Virus record (IMG/VR): IMGVR_UViG_3300033120_000845 | Coordinates: 68,414-132,413 of that record | DNA: 64,000 nucleotides | Reading direction: 5' to 3' (one strand) | Source of the DNA: a virus | Taxonomy: Duplodnaviria > Caudoviricetes | Part shown: positions 1 to 11,082 of the stretch, in pieces | Numbering within the stretch: position 1 is the first letter of the stretch | How the letters are laid out: every line of letters starts with the position of its first letter | Translations under genes and position numbers: made by a program | Notes under the pieces: generated by a model | The model's input: only the letters and a program-made list of their open reading frames with translations | Told to the model about the DNA's origin: nothing | Databases searched by the model: none

Positions 1-1
1 T

Positions 2-1495
2 CAAATAGGAGTATCTGAGCAGGATGCAATTATGCAAGGAGTTATGGGAGCAAAGGCTCCAAACTTTACGGGAAATGAAATAAGTTCTCACGAAATAGGG
101 CATTTTTTACAAGATAGGATGTATTATACCACACCTTATCCAAAAACGTTAGAAGGTTTTGAAAAAAAATTATTTTCGAAATACAAAAGTTTCCCTAAAG
201 AGCATCAAGAGGCTATTTTAAACAAACACAAAGATTTTTCAACAAGAAGTACAGCACCTACTAAAATAGATGAAATGTTAGGTGAGTTACAAATAAAGCC
301 CGATTTAGATTATTTTGGACAAAAAAATACAAATTATTTTACAGATGCTAATAAGCAATATGGGACAAACATTGATAATATGGTTGAAAGATTCCCAATG
401 TTTAGAGAGTATCGCCAAGGTATGAGGGACAGTGGGGTCTTGAAAAATAAATGGGATGAAATTACCCCAGAAATGGTAGATGAGTATTATAGTCTAAAAC
501 CAGAAAATAGGTTGAACTCTTTTATGGAGTTGAATGATAAAAATAAAAATCTTTTGAGGGATATTAGTAAAATAGCCCCTGCAATAGCTCCAATATCAGG
601 AGCAGCATACCTATCTACACAAGAAACGCCAACATATCAACAAGGTGGAACAATAGAAGAAGATAAAAAATGGTTACAAAATTGGTATACAAATAGAGTA
701 ATACCTAATATAGATATTCAAAATTTATATTTAGAGGATAAGGATATTTATAAAGATAGGATGACCACTCCACCACCTATTGAAAATGTTGAAAATATTG
801 ATAATAATCCTTATATAACAGGTAGGTATGATTCAAAGGAGAATAAAATATTTTTAACACCCAAATCTGAAAAAAACACTCATTTACATGAATTAACTCA
901 TTACTCCGATAGTTTTCCATCAGCTATGAGAACTGTTCATCAAAATGTAGTTAACCAGAACATTGCCCCTAAAGAAGGGGTTTCAGGTGTATATAAAGAT
1001 AAGTATGAATATTTTACAGACCCAGATGAAGTACATGCTAGGATACAAGTTCTCAGAAAAGAAGCGGGTATAAAACCAAATCAAGAAGTGACTCCCGATT
1101 TTTTAAATAACTTTTTAAAAAGTTATAATGGAGAAGACGAAAATATTAATGACTTATTGAATATAGCTGACCCACCACATTTATTAGAAATGCTTAATTA
1201 TATGGCGGACAATACTAAAGTTAAAAATAGAAGTTTTGCACAACAAGGCGGAGAAATAAAAACAACACCTTACGGACAATGGGAATTCCCAAATCAAATT
1301 ACTAAAGTGCCAAGCAATAACATTACAATGGAGAATGTACCAAGAGCACTAATGGGAATCGCAGATACAGGAGAACAAAGAGTAATGCTTCCTGAAGAAA
1401 AAAATCACATTTTTGAAGGAGCAACAGAAGTGACAGAAGTACCCTTAACTTTTGCACAACTATATAAAATAAAAACAGGTAAAGAATTAAAGTAA
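2..1495 (+). CDS. Virion-associated protein with zincin-like HExxH metallopeptidase motif (5'-partial)
   Basis: Frame is open from the window edge. HLHELTH...DPDEVHARIQ motif; two QQGG motifs; first gene of the large-protein block. Confidence 0.55.
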   Translation, partial: QIGVSEQDAIMQGVMGAKAPNFTGNEISSHEIGHFLQDRMYYTTPYPKTLEGFEKKLFSKYKSFPKEHQEAILNKHKDFSTRSTAPTKIDEMLGELQIKPDLDYFGQKNTNYFTDANKQYGTNIDNMVERFPMFREYRQGMRDSGVLKNKWDEITPEMVDEYYSLKPENRLNSFMELNDKNKNLLRDISKIAPAIAPISGAAYLSTQETPTYQQGGTIEEDKKWLQNWYTNRVIPNIDIQNLYLEDKDIYKDRMTTPPPIENVENIDNNPYITGRYDSKENKIFLTPKSEKNTHLHELTHYSDSFPSAMRTVHQNVVNQNIAPKEGVSGVYKDKYEYFTDPDEVHARIQVLRKEAGIKPNQEVTPDFLNNFLKSYNGEDENINDLLNIADPPHLLEMLNYMADNTKVKNRSFAQQGGEIKTTPYGQWEFPNQITKVPSNNITMENVPRALMGIADTGEQRVMLPEEKNHIFEGATEVTEVPLTFAQLYKIKTGKELK

Positions 1496-4400
1496 TGGAT
1501 AAGAACGATTTCATTTCAAGAAAAATAAGTATTTTAAAAGATGAACACCCTGATTGGTCACACGATAAACTTATCGCGGTGGCTTTTTCGTACTATAATA
1601 AAATGCAACAAGGGGGTATAGTAGATAAAACGCAACTTTTAAATCTAAACTTATCTCAAGACCCATCTTTACCACCAACTACAGCAGTCCCTATGTCATT
1701 TGAAGAACAGCAAAGAACAATTGCACCTCAAATGCCAATTGACCGTATTTTATATAATGTCCAAACACAAGAACCGAAGCAAGGATTACCTGAAGGTACA
1801 TACACTCGCGTAGATTACAAGGGGGGCAGACAAAGCGACTACTTAACCCCTGAAGGGCTGGAAAACTTCAAAAGAATGAATAATTACAGATTATTCATGG
1901 AGCAACAAGCACAGAAGAAAATGCAACAAGGGGGGACATTAAAAATAGAACCTACTTTACCTCCTTATGGACATGAGATAATCAACCCTATAAAATCTGT
2001 ACAAAAAGGAGTTAATCAAGGCAATGAAGGGTATTATGTATATTATGGTGACCCAAATGACCCACAATCAGATAAAGTGTTTTTTACAAATTCTGAGTAT
2101 GAATTAAAAAAATCTCTACAGAAACCGACTTCAATGTATCCGGGTCAATATGAACCACTATTACAAGCATATCTTAAAAAGAATAATGTGAAAATGGAAG
2201 AGGGTGGGTTTATGAATTTACCTGTAATGCAACAAGGAAGTCAATTTTTTGACATCAATTCTCAAACACTTTCTCCCCAACAAGATTTTTCTGTACAAAA
2301 TCAGGACAGACTAAGAAGTTATCATACACCTGCACAACCACAACAAGCAGTGGCGCAACAGTATCCAATAGCACCAAATCAATTCCCTGCTCCGACATTC
2401 CAAAAAGCGGATGTAAATGACATAGAATTACCACAAGGACAAGCACCCTCTCAGCAAGAATACGCATCAACATTAAAAGACGGAATGATGACTGACTATG
2501 GAGAGAATTTAAGATATAACACAGAGCAAGGAACGGTGGGTGAAAGAACACCAACAGGAAAAACTCTAACAAAAGAAGAGTACTTTAATAAAATTAAATT
2601 ATTAAACCCTTATGGTGATGTTGATATTCCTGTGGCTGCTAATATGTTAGGACAATCAATTGGATATGAAGGTGACCAAAAAGGATGGAATGCTGTTCGT
2701 GGTATTGCTTCAGCAGGTAAAATAGTGGCAGGACTTGGTAGAGGAATTCTATCGGGAGTGGCTTCACAAAAATCTTGGAATCAATCTTACCAAGACTATT
2801 TAGCAAATCAAAAAGACCAAGGTAATGTTTATACAGCCTTACAAGAAGGGGGTAAGATTACAGTTGCTGATAGTTTAACAGGTGCGTATACAACTGAAGA
2901 TTTGAATGGAGCAAATGTGGAAGTTGAAAATGGGGAAATTATAAAAGACGGACAAACTCAAGAAGTAACAAAAGCTGTTGGTGAAACACATGAAAATGGA
3001 GGCATCAAAACTAATCTCCCTGACCAATCAAAAGTTATTTCTGACCACACTCAAATCGGCGCAAAAAACGCTAAAAAATATAGAGACGAGTTTGGAGTAA
3101 CGGTTAAAGCCTCTGATACATTTGCTAAGGTGATGGATAAAGTCCAAACTAAAATTGGACTTAAGAAAATTATAAAAGACGAAGCGGACATTATTAAAGA
3201 GATTGACAAAGCAACAACTAAAGGCACAGCAAATGATACTTTAGATGTTAATATGAAATTTCTACAAAGTAAGATGTTAGAGCTACAAGCTAAGAAACAA
3301 CCTTTAGAAGATTTACAAAAAGTTGCTTTTGAATCTGTTTTTGCCGACCAAGAGAGAATTCCGAAAAAGGGAACTAAAGAAGGTGAAGCTCAATTAGGAG
3401 GAATGATGTATAATGACCAAATAATTGGATTATCAAAACAATACAATGTCGCTCCTGAAAGAGTGCAAGAGCTTTTGAAAATGGAAGATGGCGGAGGTAT
3501 TGATTTAAATAATGTCAGAGTATCAAACAGATACGAAGATAAAAATAAATATACATATCAAAACCCTTCAGATACAGATTGGCAAACATTTGGGGATTTA
3601 CTAAAATCCAATCCTAAAGAAGTTTTAGCGGAAATTAAAAGAACACAACCTGAACTTTACGATAAATTCTTAAAGGACGGAAAATATAAAGACCAAAAAA
3701 ACATAGAGGCTTATCAGAAAGGTATTAATGATAATTACACTAAAGTTTTAAAATCAGCAGAAGTAAGATTTGGTAAAGATTCAGAAGCATATAATAAAAT
3801 TAAACAAGATATTGAGGCTTCAAACTTTCTGCCTGTAAAAACAGAATTCAGAAAAGATAAAGGTAAAGAGTTAAATACAGAAGTGAGGGGATTTGATTCT
3901 AAATTCGGTAACTTTACTTCAACTCGTCCAAATTATGAAATCCCAACTCTTCCAAAAGAGGATTATGAAAAAGTAAAAAAGGCAGGGGTAAATTCAAGTT
4001 ATGAGTTGCAAAACAAGTTTCCTGAATTATACGATAAGTATGTTAAAAAAGCAGGATTAGAGGGAGATTTCTATATAGGGCAATTTAATCCTGAAGAAGC
4101 TAAAACAAATACTACCCCAACAGAAAAATCACCTGAAACACTTTATAAAGAAAGAACTTTGACAACAATGCCAATGTTTCCAAGTGATATGATTCTGACT
4201 CCAAGTAATATAATGCCAATTAAAAAGCATGAAATAGCTTTGGAAAGAATGACTCCTGTTAAACAATCTATTGAGCCTAACATCGTAGAAGCGCAAAGAC
4301 AAACACAAGCAGCCGTAAATAATTTCAGTTATCTTCCTGATAATCAAAGAGCAGCGATGTTATCTGAATATATGACAAATCAAGGAAGTGCTGTTAATGA

Positions 4401-4803
4401 TGCCCTAAGTAAAGCCGAACAAACAAATGTTATGGCGCAACAACAAGCAGACCAATTCAACATAGGACAGCGCGCAAAAGAAGATATGATGAATATTCAA
4501 TTTGCTCAAAACTATGAACAAAGAGCTTTAATGGGCTTAGATAATTATGAAAGAAGACTTCAGGGTTATTATAATAAACTAAGCGCAGAGAACAAACAGA
4601 AATATGCTGACACAAGAGATTTGAATTTGTTAAACGCCATGAATGAAAACTTCCAAACAACAGGAAATGACATTGTGTTTATGAATAATCCTTTGATGAT
4701 GCAAGCTAATACTAAAGCCTCGCCATTCACAGCAGAGGAACAAAAACAATGGGCGGCATTAAATAATAAATGGAGAGAGGCTAATAAAGCTAAAAAATCT
4801 TAA
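1495..4803 (+). CDS. Large Gln-rich virion/cargo protein (crAss-like)
   Basis: 1102 aa; repeated MQQGG/MEEGG/LQEGG/MEDGG motifs; EVENGE...GETHENGGI segment of the kind seen in crAss-like structural proteins. Confidence 0.55.
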   Translation: MDKNDFISRKISILKDEHPDWSHDKLIAVAFSYYNKMQQGGIVDKTQLLNLNLSQDPSLPPTTAVPMSFEEQQRTIAPQMPIDRILYNVQTQEPKQGLPEGTYTRVDYKGGRQSDYLTPEGLENFKRMNNYRLFMEQQAQKKMQQGGTLKIEPTLPPYGHEIINPIKSVQKGVNQGNEGYYVYYGDPNDPQSDKVFFTNSEYELKKSLQKPTSMYPGQYEPLLQAYLKKNNVKMEEGGFMNLPVMQQGSQFFDINSQTLSPQQDFSVQNQDRLRSYHTPAQPQQAVAQQYPIAPNQFPAPTFQKADVNDIELPQGQAPSQQEYASTLKDGMMTDYGENLRYNTEQGTVGERTPTGKTLTKEEYFNKIKLLNPYGDVDIPVAANMLGQSIGYEGDQKGWNAVRGIASAGKIVAGLGRGILSGVASQKSWNQSYQDYLANQKDQGNVYTALQEGGKITVADSLTGAYTTEDLNGANVEVENGEIIKDGQTQEVTKAVGETHENGGIKTNLPDQSKVISDHTQIGAKNAKKYRDEFGVTVKASDTFAKVMDKVQTKIGLKKIIKDEADIIKEIDKATTKGTANDTLDVNMKFLQSKMLELQAKKQPLEDLQKVAFESVFADQERIPKKGTKEGEAQLGGMMYNDQIIGLSKQYNVAPERVQELLKMEDGGGIDLNNVRVSNRYEDKNKYTYQNPSDTDWQTFGDLLKSNPKEVLAEIKRTQPELYDKFLKDGKYKDQKNIEAYQKGINDNYTKVLKSAEVRFGKDSEAYNKIKQDIEASNFLPVKTEFRKDKGKELNTEVRGFDSKFGNFTSTRPNYEIPTLPKEDYEKVKKAGVNSSYELQNKFPELYDKYVKKAGLEGDFYIGQFNPEEAKTNTTPTEKSPETLYKERTLTTMPMFPSDMILTPSNIMPIKKHEIALERMTPVKQSIEPNIVEAQRQTQAAVNNFSYLPDNQRAAMLSEYMTNQGSAVNDALSKAEQTNVMAQQQADQFNIGQRAKEDMMNIQFAQNYEQRALMGLDNYERRLQGYYNKLSAENKQKYADTRDLNLLNAMNENFQTTGNDIVFMNNPLMMQANTKASPFTAEEQKQWAALNNKWREANKAKKS

Positions 4804-4855
4804 TTATTTCTGTCAAACTAACCAATTTTCAAAATCTAATTAAATTAACTAATTT

Positions 4856-4886
4856 TGCCCTCTAAACCCATAGGAGGGCATTTTTT
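4856..4886 (+). terminator. Hairpin plus T-tract (putative intrinsic terminator/attenuator)
   Basis: TGCCCTC...GAGGGCA followed by TTTTTT, just before the ATG at 4890. Confidence 0.45.
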
Positions 4887-4889
4887 ATT

Positions 4890-7721
4890 ATGAGCAGTTA
4901 CGTTTCAACACAACCAATCCAATACAATCAAACAACTTCCAACATAAATTTACCGTTAACCAACACGGTACTTTCCACTATGGAAGGAAGATATAATCAG
5001 AATAAAGCGCAAATACAACAAGTGTTAGATGCTTACGGTTCTATTGATTTATTACGAGATGAAGATAAGCAATACTTGGCGGGGAAGCTAAATGATATAA
5101 CAAATGAGATAAATCAGTCAGGAAATAGAAACTTGGCTAAATCTTATGTGGCACAAAATATTTTCAGCAAAGTAAAAACTGTTGCCCAAGATGCCGTTGT
5201 TTTAGATGCTATGGAATCCACTTCAAAGTACAATAACTTTGTGAAGCAGGTGCAGGAAACAAAAGAAAAGAAGCCTGAATTATATAACGATGCAAACTAT
5301 AATTTTGCATTATATGAGGGAGGTTTTAATGACTATATGCAAGGGAAGACTAATAAAGTAGGTACTTTGAATTATACTCCATTTAAAGATGTTCAGAAAA
5401 AATTAAATGATGAGATTTACAAAATAGAACAGCTTTCAAAAGAACAAACTATCCAATATATAGATAATGAGGGGTATATTAAAGAGGTGAAAAAACAAAT
5501 GCTTACTCCTGATGAAGTTAGGCAAATAGCAGCATCAAATTTAAACAATGATGATTTTAAACAGATTGAAATCAATGGTTGGGTAAATACAGGAGGATAT
5601 CAAGACACTTCTATTGTAGATAGTGCAAAAGCCTATGTCAAAGAGAAAGTTGATTATAATAGCGCAAAAGCCCTTTCAATACAAGCTCTGATTGACAATG
5701 GAGGTTTAGATAAGGATACGGAAGCGAGTTATAAAAATCAAGTGCAGGCATATACAAATCAAGTAAAAGAATTAGAAAGGTATGGAAACAGTTTATCTTC
5801 AGTAAAACAAGCGGCAAGCTATGTAGAAAAAGAGAGAACTGTTGAAAATGCAGTTAAAACTTTTGGTGGACTACATGTTCAGAGCACTTCTTGGAAAAAA
5901 AATGATGTGTTTTGGGAACAAAGGAATTATGAATTAAAACAAGCGGAGCTTAAATATCAAATAGAGAAAGATGCAAAAGCAGAAAAAGTAAAACAAGCGG
6001 GTGTATCAGATTTAATTGTCAGTAATTTACCATTAACTTCTGAAGAAATGCCAGATATTGATAATTTAGAATCAAAAGTAGATGCTGAAGCAACTATATA
6101 TCAGACTTCTTATGACACTACATTAAAAGAATACAGAACTAAAATAGAAGACTTATCTAAAAAAGGAGATAAGGAAGCCATTGCAGTAATGGCGCTATAT
6201 AAAGAAAATTTAAAAACTCAGACAGAAGCAGATGCATTTTTTAATGCCGCACAAAAACAGATTCAAACAAATAGTGGACTCAGAATTTTAGAAAACAAAG
6301 ATGGAGTACCTACTAATTATATGAGTTTAATTTCAGATAGCAGAAATAAGTATAAAAAATTAATTGAAGCTAAAGTTCAAGCATCAGAAGAAGCTGAAAA
6401 ACAACATACAGACTCCACTATAAACACAGATGAAACCTTTTCCGCATTTTATAATAATCCAAATACAAAGATGATGTGGAAGGATGTAAACGGAGTTGAA
6501 AAAGCAATGCCTGTTTACAAAGTCCTACAAGCTAATGGATTAATGGATGCAAAGGGTAAGAAAATTGGAGACTTGAATGACAAAAAAGAAGTTTTAAACA
6601 CTCTTAAAAAATCATACTATGCGGATAAGATTTTAACCAGAACAAATGAAAATTCAAGAGATACAAGTTGGAGTTCTGTTAGAGAACTTGCTAAAATGTT
6701 TGGAGAAAAAGCTGACGATGTAACTTTTGGTGGAACGATATGGGAAGATACTGTGACATTTAATCCTAAAACAAAAACAGGACAATTTTTATTACAAGCC
6801 AGAAAAAATGGAGTGTATGACACATTTAATTTTTCTGACCAATCCTTGTCTTCGGATGATGCAACAATCGGCAGATTTTTAAAATCTAATTATAGAGAAA
6901 ATGAATCTTACAAACAAAAACTGAAATCTTTATATGGTAATTTACCTTCTAACAAATCAGTTGGAGTTACAAAAGAGGATAAAACTAACTTTGATAGATT
7001 ATTAGAGGTAGCTAAAAGCGATGCCTCTGAAGATAAATTTGCCATTAATAGTAATGCCAACACTATCAATGTAAAACTTGACGGAGATTATGTTGTAATG
7101 TCACAAGTAGAAGGCACAGGAGAAAAAGCTACAGCTACCCAAACAAGAGTACCAAAAGCAGATTTTATAAAAAATGCGCCGGGATTGGCTCAAAAGTTGG
7201 ATTTTGAAACAGAGGCTTCCTTTTATCAACTAGGAAGGATAGATAACTCAGATTTGGTTTCAGAACCAGTTAAATTTTATGGTAAAGAAACATCATCTAG
7301 GCTCTTTAAATACGGAAGTCAAATAGTTTTAAAAGGAGATATCGAAAAATCCGCTTATCTTAGAAAAGAGGACGCTATAAAAAAAATAAGTGCCTTATAC
7401 CCGGGAAATGAAGAGAGTGTAGAAAAAGTTATAGAAAATTCATCAAAATTCAGTTTGAATGGGGAGGTGGGTAAAAATTTTGATGGAAGCTCCTATTTAA
7501 CAATATATTTAAGAAATAGTGAAGGCGGTATTATAGACCAAACTGAAGTTGATAATATTACTAATGTAGATAATTTTAAACAGATTATTGATGAAATTCC
7601 TCAAGTCTATTATGGATATTTTGCTGAAAGAATATTTAAAGACCAATATTACTCAAAAGCAGCTAGTGGAAGGGACAGTGAAACATATACTAAACTAATG
7701 AAAAATATAAATGGAAAATAA
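4890..7721 (+). CDS. Large virion/cargo (putative ejection) protein
   Basis: 943-aa ORF in the giant-protein block; no catalytic motif recognised. Confidence 0.5.
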   Translation: MSSYVSTQPIQYNQTTSNINLPLTNTVLSTMEGRYNQNKAQIQQVLDAYGSIDLLRDEDKQYLAGKLNDITNEINQSGNRNLAKSYVAQNIFSKVKTVAQDAVVLDAMESTSKYNNFVKQVQETKEKKPELYNDANYNFALYEGGFNDYMQGKTNKVGTLNYTPFKDVQKKLNDEIYKIEQLSKEQTIQYIDNEGYIKEVKKQMLTPDEVRQIAASNLNNDDFKQIEINGWVNTGGYQDTSIVDSAKAYVKEKVDYNSAKALSIQALIDNGGLDKDTEASYKNQVQAYTNQVKELERYGNSLSSVKQAASYVEKERTVENAVKTFGGLHVQSTSWKKNDVFWEQRNYELKQAELKYQIEKDAKAEKVKQAGVSDLIVSNLPLTSEEMPDIDNLESKVDAEATIYQTSYDTTLKEYRTKIEDLSKKGDKEAIAVMALYKENLKTQTEADAFFNAAQKQIQTNSGLRILENKDGVPTNYMSLISDSRNKYKKLIEAKVQASEEAEKQHTDSTINTDETFSAFYNNPNTKMMWKDVNGVEKAMPVYKVLQANGLMDAKGKKIGDLNDKKEVLNTLKKSYYADKILTRTNENSRDTSWSSVRELAKMFGEKADDVTFGGTIWEDTVTFNPKTKTGQFLLQARKNGVYDTFNFSDQSLSSDDATIGRFLKSNYRENESYKQKLKSLYGNLPSNKSVGVTKEDKTNFDRLLEVAKSDASEDKFAINSNANTINVKLDGDYVVMSQVEGTGEKATATQTRVPKADFIKNAPGLAQKLDFETEASFYQLGRIDNSDLVSEPVKFYGKETSSRLFKYGSQIVLKGDIEKSAYLRKEDAIKKISALYPGNEESVEKVIENSSKFSLNGEVGKNFDGSSYLTIYLRNSEGGIIDQTEVDNITNVDNFKQIIDEIPQVYYGYFAERIFKDQYYSKAASGRDSETYTKLMKNINGK

Positions 7722-10548
7722 TAATCCCAATCCTATGGGATTTACACCATTAGATTTTAGTAGTGTAACTCCACAGGAAAATTTACAAAGACAACAATTA
7801 CAATCAGTAGGTACAGCTATAAAAGCAAGCTACTCAGAGGATTATTTAAAACTCCTGAACAAAGCTTCGGGGAATGACCCATTTAAAGATTTTGAGGACA
7901 AACGTGTAAAATTTAAAGATTATACAACCTCTTTTGATGCTGTATATGCGCCCCTTTCTGATAACAATTCGTTTGTTGCAAGGTATGAATCGTATTTACC
8001 AAATGTTAATAACGAAGAGAGGCTTGCACGACAACAATCAGCAGGAGAACAGTGGGCTAACGGATTTAGTAAATTAGGTTTAAAGACATTAACAGCAGTT
8101 GGTGGAGGCACGGTTGGTATCGTAGACTCTTTGGTTACAGGAATAAAAGAAGGTAGCTTATCCGCTGCATATAATAGCGATTTCAATAAGTGGTTAGATG
8201 ACCTAAACACTAAAATGGATTACAAACTCCCAAATTACTACACAGAAGAAGACAGAAATAAAAGTTTCTTCAGTCAAATGGGTACAGTTAATTTTTGGGC
8301 TGATAAAGTGTTTGGAGGACTTTCTTTTACTATTGGTGCAATAGGTTCAGAAGCAATTTGGGCTTCGGTAACAGGAGGTACAAGTTTGTTAGCTAAAGGT
8401 CTTGGTGGAGGGTTAGCAAGATTCAGTTCAAGAGCTATGACACCTGCCGCTACAAGAGAGGCTATGGCGGCGTGGAAAGGGATAGCAACAGCACCAATTA
8501 TAGACGCAACAAACGCCGCTAATTTTGCAGAGTCAGCTATAAGAGGAGCTAATATAGCAAAAGCTTTAGACACAGGTCGTTTCTTAGTGACATCTTCAGG
8601 GTATGAAGCAGGTGTAGAAGCTCGCCAATATATGAAACAGACAGAGGTAGATTGGCTTGAAAACTTTGAAAATACCAATGGTAGACAGCCTGATGCTTCT
8701 GAATTAGCGGGATTCAGAGATAAACTTACTTCAGCAGGGAACGTAGTATTTGCAGCGAATGTTGGAATTGTAGGTCTCTCTAACATGCTAACAATAGGAA
8801 AGTTAGTAAGAGGTAAATCAATTTCACCTGATGTTAACAATGGGTGGATGAATAGAAACTTATTTGGAATAGGATTCACTCAAACAGAGGGTGCTGGAAT
8901 AAGAGCTATAGAAGCCACAACAAAACAAAAATTAGCGGGAAGAGCTTATGGGTTACTAAAAGTAGGAGCGACAGAAGGGGTATTTGAAGAAGGTATGCAA
9001 GGAGTGGCTTCAAGGTCAGCTCAAGATTATATCCTTTCAGCCTATGATGAGAATAAAATAAAACAGGGTTACAATATTATTGACAGTATTGCTCATGGAT
9101 TTAAAGAGTCTTACGGTTCTAAAGAAGGTCTTGAAGAAGTTGGAATTGGTGTTCTTGTAGGTCTTATAGGTGGTGGGGGTACTTCTTTGGCTTCGGGTAA
9201 AGGGTTGTTTAATGAGAAGGGCGTTGAAAGAGATATTGTTCAACAAAGAGTTGAGTACTATAATCAATTTCATGCAGACAATTTAATTGAAGCTCAAAAA
9301 ACCCTTGCAAAAGTTTCCGCAGCATCAGAAAGGTCAGATGTAGCAAAAGCTAATGGAGATTTATTTGGGGAGGTAAGAGCAGATACAGATGTAATGTTAG
9401 CTTCCATAGAAAGAAGTCACCAACTTTTAGATTTAGATAGGACTAAACAACAGTATGCCACAGCTTTAAACACGGTGAATAATGAAGAGTTTGCTAAAGA
9501 AATGGGTATTCCTGTTGAAGAAGTTCAGGCTTGGAAAGAGTCAAAATTAGAACAATTCAACACTTTAGTTGACAATTATGACAAAGGTACAAAAGTAGCT
9601 CAAGCATATTTAGGAGATTTTCAAATCAAAGAGATAGGGGATAAAGAAAATGTAGCGAGAGCTATTGCTTACACCTATGCTTCAGGCATGCAAAGTCAAC
9701 AAGCAGAAAAAGACCTCACCGAGACTATTTCTAAATTAGTTGGAGAGGAGTTTGGACAAGGTAAGTTTGAATCAACAATACAAGCAGATTTACTTTTAGA
9801 TAAAGTTGATAAACAAACTTTGATAGAGTTTGAAAGGTTATCAAAATCGGAGCAAGTTTTAATGACGCGGGAGAAAAAGATAACAGAACAAACCGTTGCT
9901 ACCCCAACAAGCCGAGAAGACAATCAAAAAAAAGCAACTAAAGCAGAGAATGTTAGAAGACAACTTTTAGAAGTTACAGACCAATTAGCAGAAGTACGAG
10001 GTAAAAAACAAGCCCTATCTGAAGTAATTAATCTAAACAACACTTCAAATTTACCATTAACAGTTGAAACTTTAGATAGACAAAAAGGAAACTTAGAGCA
10101 ATTGAAAAGAGCTTTAGAATCTTTAAAAGAAACTAACCCTCACAAGTATGCTTTAATTAACAATTTAATTACCGCACAATCTAAAGCAATTGAATCCACT
10201 AAGTCTTTTGATAATATGTTTAGAGATTTAGCTGACCCTAAAAACAGAGTTACAGTTGTTAGAGGATTTTTAGATAAGCTGTTAAAAGCCAGACAAGGTA
10301 AAGACGATTACACTTTCTTTTCAGATATAGCTAAAACTTATGATGAAAGAGATGAACAGTTTATTGAAAAAGTACCAACACAGGAAGAAGATACAGATAG
10401 AGTAGAATTAGCAGAAGAGGAAACCCAACAGCAAGAGATAAACGCTGAGACAGTTTTTGAAGAGTTGAAGACAACAGAATCTGTAAATAGAAGACAAGAG
10501 TTATTAAAACAATTAGAAGAACTAAACATAATTAAATTAAAATGTTAA
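7711..10548 (+). CDS. Large putative ejection protein with Gly/Ala-rich hydrophobic segments
   Basis: 945 aa; membrane-like GIGVLVGLIGGGG segments; coiled-coil C-half; sole Cys is the last residue. Confidence 0.5.
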   Translation: MENNNPNPMGFTPLDFSSVTPQENLQRQQLQSVGTAIKASYSEDYLKLLNKASGNDPFKDFEDKRVKFKDYTTSFDAVYAPLSDNNSFVARYESYLPNVNNEERLARQQSAGEQWANGFSKLGLKTLTAVGGGTVGIVDSLVTGIKEGSLSAAYNSDFNKWLDDLNTKMDYKLPNYYTEEDRNKSFFSQMGTVNFWADKVFGGLSFTIGAIGSEAIWASVTGGTSLLAKGLGGGLARFSSRAMTPAATREAMAAWKGIATAPIIDATNAANFAESAIRGANIAKALDTGRFLVTSSGYEAGVEARQYMKQTEVDWLENFENTNGRQPDASELAGFRDKLTSAGNVVFAANVGIVGLSNMLTIGKLVRGKSISPDVNNGWMNRNLFGIGFTQTEGAGIRAIEATTKQKLAGRAYGLLKVGATEGVFEEGMQGVASRSAQDYILSAYDENKIKQGYNIIDSIAHGFKESYGSKEGLEEVGIGVLVGLIGGGGTSLASGKGLFNEKGVERDIVQQRVEYYNQFHADNLIEAQKTLAKVSAASERSDVAKANGDLFGEVRADTDVMLASIERSHQLLDLDRTKQQYATALNTVNNEEFAKEMGIPVEEVQAWKESKLEQFNTLVDNYDKGTKVAQAYLGDFQIKEIGDKENVARAIAYTYASGMQSQQAEKDLTETISKLVGEEFGQGKFESTIQADLLLDKVDKQTLIEFERLSKSEQVLMTREKKITEQTVATPTSREDNQKKATKAENVRRQLLEVTDQLAEVRGKKQALSEVINLNNTSNLPLTVETLDRQKGNLEQLKRALESLKETNPHKYALINNLITAQSKAIESTKSFDNMFRDLADPKNRVTVVRGFLDKLLKARQGKDDYTFFSDIAKTYDERDEQFIEKVPTQEEDTDRVELAEEETQQQEINAETVFEELKTTESVNRRQELLKQLEELNIIKLKC

Positions 10549-11045
10549 CACCAAGAAAATTACCTGAAGAAGTTTGCAATTTACTAAATTCAAGACTTTA
10601 TGATGAATATGATGCTCATTATACTTATAGAGCCGCATCAAATTGGCTACAAAATAAGGGGTTTGTAAAAGCCGCTGAATATTTTGCAAAAGAAGCTCAA
10701 GACGAGTTAGAACATGCACAGATATTACAAAAATATATTGTAGATTGGAACGATATGCCGAAATTAATGCCTGTTGAAAACGTACCTTCGGATTTTAGAA
10801 GTTTAATAGAAATCATTGAAAAGGCTTATGAAAAAGAGACCAATCTATACGATTTATACATAGAGACAGCTAAAGAAGTTTTTGAAATGAATGAGCTTGG
10901 AACGTACCAGTTTTTACAACAATTCATCGAAATTCAGAATAACTCTGTAATTGAATATTCAGACATGTTTAATGTTTTAGAGGATGTGGATGTAACAGAT
11001 AAATATAAACTTCTAAAATTAGAGGAATTTTTATTTGGAGAATAA
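10542..11045 (+). CDS. Ferritin (non-heme, FtnA-like)
   Basis: 167 aa; EYDAHYTY..AASNW..GF..AAEYF..EAQDELEHA and YEKE..FLQQFIEIQ ferroxidase-type pattern. Confidence 0.85.
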   Translation: MLTPRKLPEEVCNLLNSRLYDEYDAHYTYRAASNWLQNKGFVKAAEYFAKEAQDELEHAQILQKYIVDWNDMPKLMPVENVPSDFRSLIEIIEKAYEKETNLYDLYIETAKEVFEMNELGTYQFLQQFIEIQNNSVIEYSDMFNVLEDVDVTDKYKLLKLEEFLFGE

Positions 11046-11082
11046 ATTTCTTTTTCTTAACTTTGCCAAATAAAATTATAGA

